DNA of 63,977 nucleotides, filler included, from Sandaracinaceae bacterium (GTDB taxonomy: Bacteria; Myxococcota_A; Polyangia; Polyangiales; JADJQN01), in NCBI GenBank assembly GCA_947483975.1. It is 13 parts of 13 records of this genome, joined end to end, with 100 filler letters (N's around TTAATTAATTAA, not from the genome) between each part and the next. Parts side by side here need not be neighbours in the genome. Positions count along the whole stretch, not along the records: positions 1 to 4,955 come from CANKOL010000383.1; positions 5,056 to 9,999 come from CANKOL010000384.1; positions 10,100 to 15,037 come from CANKOL010000385.1; 10 more parts are not named here. One strand, 5' to 3'. This document shows positions 1 through 11,476 of this stretch, piece by piece (within the stretch, counting starts at the first letter, position 1; the number at the start of each line of letters is the position of its first letter). The notes under the pieces are model-generated. The model did not search any database and was not told the origin of the DNA. It saw nothing but the letters and a program-made list of their open reading frames with translations. The translations under genes were made by a program, and so were the position numbers.

Positions 1-1
1 G

Positions 2-523
2 CAGGCGGAGCGCGACCGGCTCGCCGCGGAGTTCGACGCGCGCGAGCGGTACGCGGCGGACGCGGAGCATCCGTGGCTCGCGCAGCTCGGCTTCTCGGCG
101 GCGGGGCTGGTCGCGTACGACGACAGCAGCCGACCGCCCTCGAGCACGGGCGGCGGCGCGTTCGGCGCGCTGGAGTTCCGCGTCGGCTACGGCGTCGCGT
201 CGGCGCGCGGCCTCGAGGTGCGCGGCGGGATGGACCTCGTCTTCGGCGTGACGAACGCCGTCGAGCTGACCGTCGGCGGCGTGTACCTCACGAGCCCGTT
301 CGCGTTCCCTCTGCACCTCGGCGGCGGCCTCGATCTCGGCGCCTTCCTCAACACGAGCGGCGCGCGCGAGCCGGGCTTCTTGGTGCGCGGCGGCGCGGTC
401 GCCGCGTATCGCCTCGCGCCCCGGCTCTACGTCGAGGCGGAGCTGCCGACGCTGTCGATCATCTCGTCGGGCGGCGGCATCGTCGCGCTCGGCGCGAGCG
501 CGCGCCTCGGCTATCGCTTCTAG
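2..523 (+). CDS. Outer-membrane beta-barrel-like protein, C-terminal part (5' truncated)
   Basis: Open frame from position 2 continues into ORF 218..523. Alternating hydrophobic/Gly strands; ends ...ARLGYRF with a terminal Phe (beta-signal-like). Confidence 0.55.
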   Translation, partial: QAERDRLAAEFDARERYAADAEHPWLAQLGFSAAGLVAYDDSSRPPSSTGGGAFGALEFRVGYGVASARGLEVRGGMDLVFGVTNAVELTVGGVYLTSPFAFPLHLGGGLDLGAFLNTSGAREPGFLVRGGAVAAYRLAPRLYVEAELPTLSIISSGGGIVALGASARLGYRF

Positions 524-2751
524 CGCGCCGGGGCGGGTGCTGGCGCGGTCGTCGGCGCAGCCGTCCTCGTCGTGCCCGCAGCGGGCAGCGCGAGCAGCTC
601 TTGCGCGAGCTCGAACTCGTAGAAGCTGACCATGTGCCCGCTGAGCACGCGGCCGAACGCGACCCGCGAGCCCGCGTCATCGCCTGCGCCGAGGAGCCGC
701 GCGCCCTCGTAAAAGTGCGCCTCGCTCTGCTCGCCGCGCCCAGACGCGGCGGCGAGGAGCGCGTCGTATGCGAGCCGACCTGCGCCGAAGCTCGCGAGGT
801 GCCCCGCCCAGCCCGGCGCCTCGGTCAACGCCGTCAGCGTGGTGTCGATGTCGGCGTCCGCCGTGCCGTGCGTGCGCGCGGCGAGCAGCTTCACCCAGAG
901 CGCGAAGTAGATCTTCCACTCCGCCGGGACCGTCAGCTGACGCTGCGCTTCGCGGAAGACCTCGGTCCCAAACGCCAGGTCCGCGTGCTCCGACGCGGCC
1001 AGGTGCGAGAGCAGCTTCGCGTAGATCTCCAGCTGACCCGCGCCCGCCTCCATCGCCCGGTGAAACGCGGCGACGGCCTCTTGCCGACGCCCGAGGCGGT
1101 CGAAGACCACTCCGCGCCGCAGCGCCACGACCGCGCGCGAGACCTCGGTCGTGCCCTCGCCCGCGCGGTCCCACGCCGCGAGCGACTCCGTGTACATGCG
1201 CTCGGCCTGCGCCGCGCTCCCCGAGGCGCGGAGCGCGTCCCCGAGCTGCTCGAGGAGCTCCGCGCGCAGCCCGCCCGCTTCGCGGGACGTCGCCGAGACG
1301 AGGTCGAGCGCCCGCCGATACTTGACCGCCGCGAGCGCAGGCTCCCCCGTGTGCTCGAGGAGCAGCCCGAGCTGTTGCAGCGCGTCGGTGGTCTCCCGCG
1401 CCTCGAGGCTGCGCTCGAAGTGACGGCGCGCGTCGGCCGCGTCGCCCGCGCCCATCTCCGACATCCCGATCGCGAGAAAGAGCTGCTCCGCGGGCACCGG
1501 CGGCGCCGGCGTCGGGAAGCGCCGCATACGCTCCTCGAGGATCTCCTCCGCCTGATGAGCGAGCGCCCGCGCGTCGCGCGAGCCGCCCTGCAGATAGCCG
1601 CGCCCGATCAGGTCGTTGAGCACCGAGAGCGCCTCGTCGTAGAGCCCGCGCTCCGTCGGAGCGAGCCGGATCGCCTCGGCGTAGTGCGCCGTCGCGTCCG
1701 CGTAGCGCTGCTCGATCGCCGCGATGCGCCCGAGACACTGCGGAAAGCGCGCGTCTTCGGGCGAGCGCCGCCGACCGAGCGTGCACAGGGTGCGCGAGAC
1801 GTCGGGCCGGCCGACCTCCTCCTCCATGTAGCCGCGCGAGAGCACGAGCAGCGCCTCGTCGCCCTCGCCGCCCGCCTGCCGCGCCTCGCGCAGCACGCCC
1901 GCGACCTGCGCCTCGGTCGGTGAGACCCCGCCGAGCGTCTGCACGCGCGCCTCCGCCGACGGGACGTCCCCGACCGCGAGGTAGACCGCCGCGACGTCGA
2001 GCGGCGCCCGCGCGACCGCGAGGTTGGCCATCCGGTAGTCCTCGAGCGACATCCCACCCGCGAACGGCCGCTCGCCGCCCGGCGTCAGCAGCCGCGTGAA
2101 GACGTCGCGGCGCTCGACGTAGAGGCGCGCGAGCAGATCGAGCACCGCGGGGGCCGGCGTGAGGCGCGCGTGCTCCTCCCAGATGCGCACTAGACCGTCG
2201 AGACGATCGGTCGTGCCCGGCAGATGCGCCCGCGCGTCGCGCCCCCACGCGACGAGCTCATCGTACGCGCGCGTGTGCTCAGCGCCGTCGGCGCTGGTCC
2301 GCGCGAGGACGTAGTGCGCCGCGAGCACGCGCGCCTCGTCGCCGCGCTGCGAGCCGCGGAGGAACAGCCACTCCGCGCTCGGCGCGAGCCCGCGAGAGAG
2401 CGGCCCGTGCTCGAGCTCGAGGCTGGTGTAGAGCGCCGTCAGCTGCGCGAAGCCGTCGACGACGGCGTCGTAGTCGCCCGCCTCCATCTGCTGCTCGTTG
2501 AGCTCCGCGAGGTGCGTGATCAGCCGCTCGCGCAGCACGCCGCGCGCGGGGTCATCCGTCGCGAGCTCGTCGAAGGCGCGGCGGCTATCGGCGAACGACT
2601 CTTCCGTCACGAGCACCGGCAGGGGACGCACCGGGCGCGCCGTGGTCGTGCCGCCCGTCGAGGCACCTCCGCACGCGACGACGACCGGAAGGCCCGCGAG
2701 CGCGAGCGCGAAGAGGAACGGTGCGCGTCGTGCGGAAGTCGTGCGAAGCAT
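520..2751 (-). CDS. TPR-repeat lipoprotein with NlpI-like C-terminus
   Basis: Signal peptide with lipobox-like VVAC and many TPR-like helices. C-terminal SEAHFYEG...VSFYEFELAQELL resembles the NlpI C-terminus. Start 2751 or 2763. Confidence 0.7.
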   Translation of the reverse strand: MLRTTSARRAPFLFALALAGLPVVVACGGASTGGTTTARPVRPLPVLVTEESFADSRRAFDELATDDPARGVLRERLITHLAELNEQQMEAGDYDAVVDGFAQLTALYTSLELEHGPLSRGLAPSAEWLFLRGSQRGDEARVLAAHYVLARTSADGAEHTRAYDELVAWGRDARAHLPGTTDRLDGLVRIWEEHARLTPAPAVLDLLARLYVERRDVFTRLLTPGGERPFAGGMSLEDYRMANLAVARAPLDVAAVYLAVGDVPSAEARVQTLGGVSPTEAQVAGVLREARQAGGEGDEALLVLSRGYMEEEVGRPDVSRTLCTLGRRRSPEDARFPQCLGRIAAIEQRYADATAHYAEAIRLAPTERGLYDEALSVLNDLIGRGYLQGGSRDARALAHQAEEILEERMRRFPTPAPPVPAEQLFLAIGMSEMGAGDAADARRHFERSLEARETTDALQQLGLLLEHTGEPALAAVKYRRALDLVSATSREAGGLRAELLEQLGDALRASGSAAQAERMYTESLAAWDRAGEGTTEVSRAVVALRRGVVFDRLGRRQEAVAAFHRAMEAGAGQLEIYAKLLSHLAASEHADLAFGTEVFREAQRQLTVPAEWKIYFALWVKLLAARTHGTADADIDTTLTALTEAPGWAGHLASFGAGRLAYDALLAAASGRGEQSEAHFYEGARLLGAGDDAGSRVAFGRVLSGHMVSFYEFELAQELLALPAAGTTRTAAPTTAPAPAPAR

Positions 2752-2878
2752 CGGCGGCAACATAGCAGGCGCGCGCCCCGGCGCCGGGTTGCGGCAAGCC
2801 TCCCGCGCCTCGCGGACGTCGCCCGCCGCGACCCGCGCGGGACGTTGCGCCTGCGCGACGCGCGCGTCAGAGAGCCGC

Positions 2879-3742
2879 GTGACCGACCCGCGCGACCCGC
2901 GCTCCGTCTCGCCGCTCGCCGCCGTCACGCTGACCGTCGTGGCCGTCGCGCTCACCTACGCGCTGTTTCAGGGCGCCGTCGCGCTGCAGTCCCTCGCGCG
3001 CGGGCTGTCCTGGGAGCTCGCCCGGGAGCGCGTCATCCGCGACGCCCTCGGCCTCGCGCTCGTGCAGGCGGCGGCCTTCGCGCTCGTGCTCTTCGGCGCG
3101 GTGCGCCTGCACGCGCGCGTCGACGAGCCGCTCCGCGAGACGCTCGGCCTCCGCGCGGTGCCGTTTCACACGGCGCTCCTCGCGCTCGTCGCGGGCGCCG
3201 CGCTGCAGCTCCCGCTCGCGGAGCTCTCGAACCTCGTGCACGTCTTCGCGCCGATGCCCGCGGACCTGATGCAGCAGCAGCAGCGGCTCCTCGACGCGAG
3301 CTCGCCGCTCGTCGCGCTGACGGCGTTCGTGTCGTTCGTCGTCGTCGCGCCCGTCACCGAGGAGCTGCTCTTTCGCGGGATCATCCTGCGCGGCGCGCGC
3401 GTCTCGAGCGGGACGCTCCCGGCGCTCGGCCTCTCGAGCGCGCTCTTCGCGCTCAGTCATCTCGGCGCCGTCTCGGCGATCGTCTACGCGCTCGTCGCCG
3501 GCCTCGTCCTCGGCGCCGTCGCGCTCCGCACCGGCTCGACGCTCGTCGCGATCGCGCTGCACGCCGGCGTCAACGCCGTGCCCGTGCTGCTGCCGGCGCG
3601 CCTCGTCCGCATCGCCGGCTTCAACACGCTCGCGCCCCACGTCTCGCCCGCCCTCGTGATAGGCTCCGCCCTCGTCGCGGCCGGCGCCCTCGCGCTCCTC
3701 TCGCGCACGGCTCCCGCCGCCGAAGACGAGGCCGATCGATGA
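2879..3742 (+). CDS. CPBP/Abi (CAAX prenyl protease-like) intramembrane metalloprotease
   Basis: Motifs PVTEELLFRG, LFALSH and ALHAGVN; multiple TM segments; GTG start inferred. Confidence 0.85.
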   Translation: MTDPRDPRSVSPLAAVTLTVVAVALTYALFQGAVALQSLARGLSWELARERVIRDALGLALVQAAAFALVLFGAVRLHARVDEPLRETLGLRAVPFHTALLALVAGAALQLPLAELSNLVHVFAPMPADLMQQQQRLLDASSPLVALTAFVSFVVVAPVTEELLFRGIILRGARVSSGTLPALGLSSALFALSHLGAVSAIVYALVAGLVLGAVALRTGSTLVAIALHAGVNAVPVLLPARLVRIAGFNTLAPHVSPALVIGSALVAAGALALLSRTAPAAEDEADR

Positions 3743-4830
3743 GCCCAGCACTTTCCCGAGAGAGACGCCTCGGACTTTCGCTCCCCGGAGGGGGCGTCAC
3801 CGGCGCGATGTATCAAGTCGGAGTCGTCGCCGCGCTCGAGGACGGGCTCGAGAACTTCCGCGCGTCGGACCTCGACGTCTTCGTCGGCTCCTCGACGGGC
3901 GCGACGGTCGCGACCTTCCTCGCGGCGGGCAACTCCGCCCAGCGCCTCTATCGCGCGCTCCTCGACCCGGCGGACACGTTCTTTCCGCTCAAGCGCCATC
4001 ATCTGATGCGCCTCGACGGCGCGGAGTGGCAGCGCGTCGGGCTGAGCACCGTCGCCGCCGCGCGCCGCCTGCTCTCGTCGGTCACCTCGCGCCCGCTCGA
4101 GGCGGACCTCTGGAACGAGCTCGACCGCTTCTGGGACTCGCTCCCGGCGGGCATCTTCACGCTCGACGGCTACGAGCACTTTCTCGCCGAGATCATGCTC
4201 CGCCGCGGCGTGCCCGACCGCTTCGCGGACATGCCCCGCAAGCTCGTCGTCGTCGCGATCGACCTCGATCAGGGGGCCCGCGCGCTCTTCGGCCTCGGCG
4301 CGCTCGCGCACGTGCCCGTCGCCCGCGCCGTCTGCGCCTCCGCCGCGACGCCGATCCTCTTCGCGCCCGTGCGCATCGAGGGGCGCGACTACGTCGAGGG
4401 CGGCCTCGGCGCCGTCGCGCACGCCGACGTCGCGCAGTCGCTCGGCTGCGACCTCGTCCTCGTCGTCAACCCGATGGTGCCGATCCAGACGGACCCCGCC
4501 GTGCGCGACATCCCGACCGGCCACGGCACGATGCAGCACGTCCGCGACAAGGGCGCGCTCTGGGTCTACAGCCAGTCTTGGCGCGTCCGCACCGAGTCGC
4601 GGATGCGCGAGGGCGTCGCGCGCTTTCACGCCGAGAACCCGAACACCCGCGTCGTGCTGATCGAGCCCGATCAGACCGACGCGACGATGTTCATGTACTC
4701 ACCGATGAACTTCGCGGCCCGCCGCCACATCCTCGAGGACGGCTACACCCAGACGATGAAGGCGCTCCGCACGCCCGAGTCCCCGCTGCGCTGCGCGCTC
4801 GAGTCGCGCGGCCTCGTCGCCAAGTCCTGA
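3739..4830 (+). CDS. Patatin-like phospholipase family protein
   Basis: GGGVTG oxyanion motif, GSSTG nucleophile motif, ASAA-P and YVEGG (DGG variant). ATGA overlap with the upstream gene. Confidence 0.85.
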   Translation: MSPALSRERRLGLSLPGGGVTGAMYQVGVVAALEDGLENFRASDLDVFVGSSTGATVATFLAAGNSAQRLYRALLDPADTFFPLKRHHLMRLDGAEWQRVGLSTVAAARRLLSSVTSRPLEADLWNELDRFWDSLPAGIFTLDGYEHFLAEIMLRRGVPDRFADMPRKLVVVAIDLDQGARALFGLGALAHVPVARAVCASAATPILFAPVRIEGRDYVEGGLGAVAHADVAQSLGCDLVLVVNPMVPIQTDPAVRDIPTGHGTMQHVRDKGALWVYSQSWRVRTESRMREGVARFHAENPNTRVVLIEPDQTDATMFMYSPMNFAARRHILEDGYTQTMKALRTPESPLRCALESRGLVAKS

Positions 4831-4846
4831 GGGCTGCCCCAATGAA

Positions 4847-4955
4847 CGCAGGCGCCGAATGACCGTCTCCGAAGCCAGCGCAGGCGCCGAATGACCGTCT
4901 CCGAAGCCAGCGCAGGCGCCGAATGACCGTCTCCGAAGCCAGCGCAGGCGCCGAA
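4847..4955. repeat. 32-bp perfect tandem repeat (CGCAGGCGCCGAATGACCGTCTCCGAAGCCAG), 3.4 copies, running into the contig end
   Basis: Units at 4847, 4879 and 4911 plus a partial unit at 4943-4955; no spacers. Confidence 0.95.
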
Positions 4956-5055
4956 NNNNNNNNNNNNNNNNNNNNNNNNNNNNNNNNNNNNNNNNNNNNT
5001 TAATTAATTAANNNNNNNNNNNNNNNNNNNNNNNNNNNNNNNNNNNNNNNNNNNN
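4956..5055. other. Artificial contig linker (first of 12)
   Basis: N44-TTAATTAATTAA-N44. Identical linkers at 10000-10099, 15038-15137, 20073-20172, 25075-25174, 30053-30152, 35024-35123, 39977-40076, 44877-44976, 49771-49870, 54662-54761 and 59527-59626. Confidence 0.99.
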
Positions 5056-5705
5056 GCGATGCGCTGCGCTGCCTCGCGGGACAAGCCCGACGGGGGAGCG
5101 ACGCTGTTGCCGCGCGAGAGCACGCCCGGCGGGAGGTTGGCGTGCCCGAGGCGCTCCGCGAACGACGGCGGCGAGGAGCGACGGACCGGCGGCGGGGGAG
5201 TCTGCGGGACCTCCGGGGCGGCGACGACGACGGGCTCGGGCGGCGGGGGCGCGATGGGCTCCGCGAAGACCTCGGCCATCGTCTGCACGGGCTCGGGGTT
5301 CGGCGGCGGAGGCGGAAGCTCGACGCGCGCGGCGGCGATCTCGGCGACCGGGGGAGGCGGCGGAGGCGGCGGAGGCAGCAAGACCTCCGTGCTCGGGGCG
5401 TCGACCCGCGGCGCGGCGGGCTTCAAGCGCGTCACGACCGGGGCCAGCTCGGGCTTGGCGGCGACGGGGGGCGGCGTCGGAGCGGCGACGGTGCGACGAC
5501 GGATGACCGTCGCGTTGATGCGCTCCTTGACCACCGAGCCGGTCTTCTCCTTCTCGATGGAGGACTTGAGACGTTCGATCTCTCCCTCCTCGAGCGAGCT
5601 CATGTGGTTCTTCACCTGAATGCCGAGGGTCGCCATCTTCTTGACGAGCTCCGCATTCTCGAGCCCCAGCTCGCGAGCGACCTCGTACACGCGCACCTTG
5701 ATCAT
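5056..5705 (-). CDS. infB: Translation initiation factor IF-2, N-terminal part (3' truncated)
   Basis: [14 protein letters not shown]...LGIQVKNHMSSLEE is the IF2_N domain, followed by a Pro-rich linker. Canonical position after nusA-ylxR. Confidence 0.9.
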
Positions 5706-6316
5706 TCCGCCTCCAGAAGTGCCAGAGCGCGCGCCGCCGCGCGCGTCAAAGCAGATGCGATTCCCGCGTCGAGCACCGCGGCGACACCGACCTCGTCCCG
5801 ACCAAAAAGCTGACCGAGCGACGCTTTCGTCCCGAGCACGACGCAGCGCTTTCCAAGCCGCTCCGCCGATTGCTCGAGCTCTTCGCGCCGCCCAGCGGCG
5901 TCCGCAGCGACGACCAGCGCCGCCACCTTGCCTTCGCGCAGCGCCTCGCGGACCGCGTCGGTCCCCACGGCGATGACGTTGGCCCGACGCGCCGCCACGA
6001 GGAGGGACTCCGCGCGGCGGGTGTACTGCTCTGCTGCGAGCCGTGCGAGCTCGTCCGTGCCGACGGGCACGGCGCGCTTGAGCACCTTCGCAAAACCTCC
6101 GCGGCGAACCGCGGCCTCGAGACACTTGCGCGTCGGATGAACCGACACGCCGCGCCCGCCGAGCTTGTCGCTGACGTCCGGGATGAGGAACGGCGGCACG
6201 GGCGCCACGACGAAGCGCAGCAGCCCAGCCTTCGCGTCGATGCCACGGCAGCCCGCGCACGTTCGCGCGGGGCTCGCCGTATGGCCCTCGTCACCGGTAG
6301 TCATCGCCAAGCTCAC
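5702..6316 (-). CDS. ylxR: YlxR/DUF448 (RnpM-like) fused to an L7Ae/YlxQ RNA-binding domain
   Basis: RTCAGCR...LLRFV...GGRGVSV (YlxR) followed by [12 protein letters not shown]...VVAADA...LGQLFGR (L7Ae); lies between nusA and infB. Confidence 0.85.
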   Translation of the reverse strand: MSLAMTTGDEGHTASPARTCAGCRGIDAKAGLLRFVVAPVPPFLIPDVSDKLGGRGVSVHPTRKCLEAAVRRGGFAKVLKRAVPVGTDELARLAAEQYTRRAESLLVAARRANVIAVGTDAVREALREGKVAALVVAADAAGRREELEQSAERLGKRCVVLGTKASLGQLFGRDEVGVAAVLDAGIASALTRAAARALALLEAE

Positions 6317-6323
6317 GGGCGTT

Positions 6324-8042
<1,719 letters not shown>

Positions 8043-8051
8043 CAGTCCCGC

Positions 8052-8636
8052 CTACGCACGCGCCCGCAGGCGCGCCCAGTCGAAAACAAGGTTGGCTTTT
8101 ACGATCTCGGCGTGCGGAACGAGCACCTCGTGCCCGTCCTGCGTGAGCCGAACGTCGCGACCGGTGATCCCGAGCAGCTTGCCCTGCAACTTCCGACGCT
8201 CGCCCGCCGGAGTGGCGATGGGCATACGAGTCGTCATCTTCACGGTCTCGCCGGCGAACCGGACGAAATCGTTGAGCTTCACGAGCGGCCGGTCGACTCC
8301 TGGGGAGCTGACCTCGAGCCGGTAATTCCCGGAGAGCAGGCCGTGGCCGCCCTCCTCCGTCACGTCGAGCGCGGTGGATAGGTCGCGCGACACGTCCGTG
8401 CAGTCGTCGAGCGAGACGCCGCCCTCGTTCATCGGCACGCCGGGCGGACGCTCTCGGTCGATCAGCACACGCAGCACCGAACCGCCGGGCTCACGCGCGA
8501 TCCGCACATCGACCAGCTCGAGGCCGAGCGCACGACAGATCGGCAGCGCCAACGCCTCGAGCGAGGCGGGCGTATCCACGGACTGGGCGTCGAGGCTTTC
8601 GTCGGACGAGTCGGTGGGCGAGTCTTGGCTGGCCAT
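8052..8636 (-). CDS. rimP: Ribosome maturation factor RimP
   Basis: LRVLID...GVSLDDCTDVSR...YRLEVSSPGVDRPL; first gene of the nusA operon. Confidence 0.95.
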   Translation of the reverse strand: MASQDSPTDSSDESLDAQSVDTPASLEALALPICRALGLELVDVRIAREPGGSVLRVLIDRERPPGVPMNEGGVSLDDCTDVSRDLSTALDVTEEGGHGLLSGNYRLEVSSPGVDRPLVKLNDFVRFAGETVKMTTRMPIATPAGERRKLQGKLLGITGRDVRLTQDGHEVLVPHAEIVKANLVFDWARLRARA

Positions 8637-8753
8637 GGTCGCTGTGGGTTGCTCTGAGAACACGAGTGCTTTCGAGCAGTTGCGTGGGACTTCGGGGGAA
8701 CTTGGCGGAGCGAGCGGAGGCGCGAGCGGGGGACTTTTGGGCCAGAACGCAAC

Positions 8754-8779
8754 GAGGCGGACCTTGGAGGGCCCGCCTC
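8754..8779 (-). promoter_or_regulatory. Hairpin in the rimP 5' leader (rimP-leader-like)
   Basis: Minus strand GAGGCGGGCC-ctccaa-GGTCCGCCTC, ~120 nt upstream of rimP. An extended -10-like TGCTACTT lies ~30 nt further upstream. Confidence 0.5.
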
Positions 8780-8955
8780 GAGCACTTCCCCTCTGTGAGC
8801 GGCGCGCTAAGTAGCATGGGCGCCAGAGCAGAGCAAGGGGCGTAGCAGGCTGCCCCGGAGGGCCGCGTGGCGTGCTACGCCATGGGCCACGGCACGGGCG
8901 CCCGCGGTGGGCGGCGCGCGCATGGGGAGTCGGCAGTCACTTCTCGGGGGATAGC

Positions 8956-9999
8956 TTGATCAATCGCTCACGGATCCTAGTCGGTGCGGTGTTCGCTGTG
9001 GTCGCGATGATCGTCGGGCGGGGCGCCGTGGCGCACGCGCAGGTCACCGAGACGTTCGTCTTCCGCGACTCGATGGAGCCGACGGAGGGCGCGGGGAACG
9101 TGCTCGAGCCCGTCTACAACGCCGGCGGGAGCATCCTGACGAGCGGCGCCGGCTTCGTCGGCGGCTCGTACGTCACGCACACGATCAGCCCGACCGCGTG
9201 CGCGTCGACGCCGACGGTGCGCGCGTGGGCGTTCCCGGTGTCGGGCGGGCTGCGCCATCCGAACGTCGCGCCCGTCGTCGTCACCGGCTCGTACTCGATC
9301 TCGATGCTGATGCGGTACAACCCGATGGACGCGGGCTACGCGCGCCTCGTCGACTTCTCCGGCTCCACGAGCGACAGCGGCATCTACAAGCTCGGCGCGG
9401 GCGTGAGCTTCTATCCCGTCGGGACGTACGCGGCCGGCTCGTTCGTGGCGGACCAGGACGTGTTCGTCACGCTGACGCGCGACGCCGGGACGCAGCTGGT
9501 GTCGCTGTTCATCAACGGCGTCGCGTCCGGCACCTACGCCGACACGGCGAACCTGTATGTGCCGGTCGCCTCCGCGATGTACTTCCTGATGGACAACACG
9601 ACGGGCTCCGCGGCGATCAGCGAGACGGATCCCGGCGTCATCTCGTACCTGCAGGTGCGCAACACGCCGATGACGCCCGCGGAGGTGCTCGCGAGCCTCG
9701 CGCTGATCTGCGAGACGGTCGCTTGCGGTGACGGCATCGTCACCACCGGCGAGGCGTGCGACGACGGCGGCGTGCTCTCCGGGGACGGCTGCTCGAGCAA
9801 GTGCGAGATCGAGGCTGGCTTCGAGTGTGCGGGCAGCCCGAGCGTGTGCGTCGGGTTGCCGGACGCTGGCCCACCGGACGCAGGTCCCGCGGACGGCGGC
9901 ACGACCGACGCAGGCCCCGCCGACGCGGGGCTCGCAGATGGCGGAGTGAACGACGCGGGCGACGCGGACGGCGGGCTCGCCGACGCGGGGCTGGCGGAC
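8956..9999 (+). CDS. Secreted LamG/ConA-like domain protein with Myxococcus Cys-rich repeat and DAG repeats (3' truncated)
   Basis: Signal peptide ending AHA-Q, a beta-sandwich-like region, [15 protein letters not shown]...GDGCSSKC and a DAGP/DGG low-complexity tail. Confidence 0.75.
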
Positions 10000-10101
10000 N
10001 NNNNNNNNNNNNNNNNNNNNNNNNNNNNNNNNNNNNNNNNNNNTTAATTAATTAANNNNNNNNNNNNNNNNNNNNNNNNNNNNNNNNNNNNNNNNNNNNA
10101 C

Positions 10102-11301
10102 GACGACGGGCACTTCACCTCGGTGCAGCTCGCGGCCGACGGCACCCTCTACGCTGGCTCGGGCAAGGACGGGCGCATCTACCGCGTGCTCGCCGACGGC
10201 TCGACCGCGACGTGGATCGACGTCGACGAGCGGCAGGTGCTCGCCATCGACCTCCTCTCGAGCGATCCGCTCTTCGTCACGGCGGACGTCGCGGCGGTCT
10301 ACCGCGTCGTGCCCGGCACGCCGGCCAACGCCGAGTGGACGAGCAAGGTGCTCGACGCGGGCTTCCGCTCACGCTTCGGGCAGCTCGACTTCCGCGGCGA
10401 GGGCACGCTCTCGCTGATGACGCGCTCGGGCAACACCGAGCGCCCCGACACGACCTGGAGCGAGTGGTCCACCGCCGCGAGCGCGCCCGGCCCGGTGAGG
10501 AGCGCCGCCGCCCGCTTTTTGCAGGTGCGCGCGCGCCTCGAGACGAGCGCGTCGGTGCTCCGCAGCGTGACCGCTTATTACCTCCCGCAGAACCAGCGCG
10601 CGGTCGTGCGCGACGTCGAGATGGCGGCGCACCGCCCGGCGCCCGCGACGGGAGACGCCGCGGCGTCCGATGTGCCGACGCCGTCGACGCAGTACCGCGT
10701 CACCTGGAAGCTCGACAACGCGGACGGCGATCGCGTGCGCTTCCGGCTCGCCTTCCGCAGCGAGGCGGGCACGCCCGAGCAGAACGCGTGGCGCCCGATC
10801 TTGCGCGACAGCGAGGTGCTGACCCGCCTCGAGCACTCCTGGGAGACGAGCGGCGTGCCCGACGGCTGGTATCGGCTCCGCGTCCGCGCGACCGACGAGC
10901 TCTCGAACCCGACGCCGTACGCGCTCGAGCACACGGCCGAGTCGGGCCCAGTGCTCGTCGACAACCACGCCCCGCGCCTCGAGGCGCTCACGCAGTCGGG
11001 CAACACGCTGCGCGGTCGCGCGGTCGACGACGCCTCGCCGATCGCGAAGCTCGAGCTGAGCGTCGACGGCGGCGAGTGGCGGACGTTCTTCCCCGACGAC
11101 GATCTGCTCGACACGCGCAGCGAGTCGTTCGCCATCGACCTCGACGCCCTCGCCCTGCCCGCCGGGACGCACATCGTCGTCGTCCGCGCGACCGACAGCG
11201 GCGGCAACCCCGTCAGCGCGGACGCCACGGTGCGCGCGAGCACGCCCGCCGGAGCGCCCCCGGCGGCTCCGCAGACGCCCCGCACGCGCCCCGCGCGCTA
11301 G
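10102..11301 (+). CDS. Beta-propeller/Ig-like domain protein, C-terminal part (5' truncated)
   Basis: Propeller-like DGTLYAGSG, TRSGNT...WSEWS, VPDGWYRLRVRATD and VDNHAP Ig/FN3-like segments; GC3-biased codons. Confidence 0.7.
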   Translation, partial: DDGHFTSVQLAADGTLYAGSGKDGRIYRVLADGSTATWIDVDERQVLAIDLLSSDPLFVTADVAAVYRVVPGTPANAEWTSKVLDAGFRSRFGQLDFRGEGTLSLMTRSGNTERPDTTWSEWSTAASAPGPVRSAAARFLQVRARLETSASVLRSVTAYYLPQNQRAVVRDVEMAAHRPAPATGDAAASDVPTPSTQYRVTWKLDNADGDRVRFRLAFRSEAGTPEQNAWRPILRDSEVLTRLEHSWETSGVPDGWYRLRVRATDELSNPTPYALEHTAESGPVLVDNHAPRLEALTQSGNTLRGRAVDDASPIAKLELSVDGGEWRTFFPDDDLLDTRSESFAIDLDALALPAGTHIVVVRATDSGGNPVSADATVRASTPAGAPPAAPQTPRTRPAR

Positions 11302-11476
11302 TCCGCGGCGACGCGCCGCGTCAGAAGATCGGCCGGTCGCGCGCGCGTGGAGCGCTCCCCGCCGTGCTACTGTCAGCTTGCTTGAACGACCATCGCCGGA
11401 CGTGATACAAGGTTCCGCGCCCGACGGCACGGACCTCGGCATCATGGGCGGCAAAACTCAGGAGATAGGCAGGACT

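Noticed and set aside
5702..6316. YlxR-L7Ae fusion as a novelty
   Set aside because: Such fusions in the nusA-infB operon are already known in several proteobacterial lineages.
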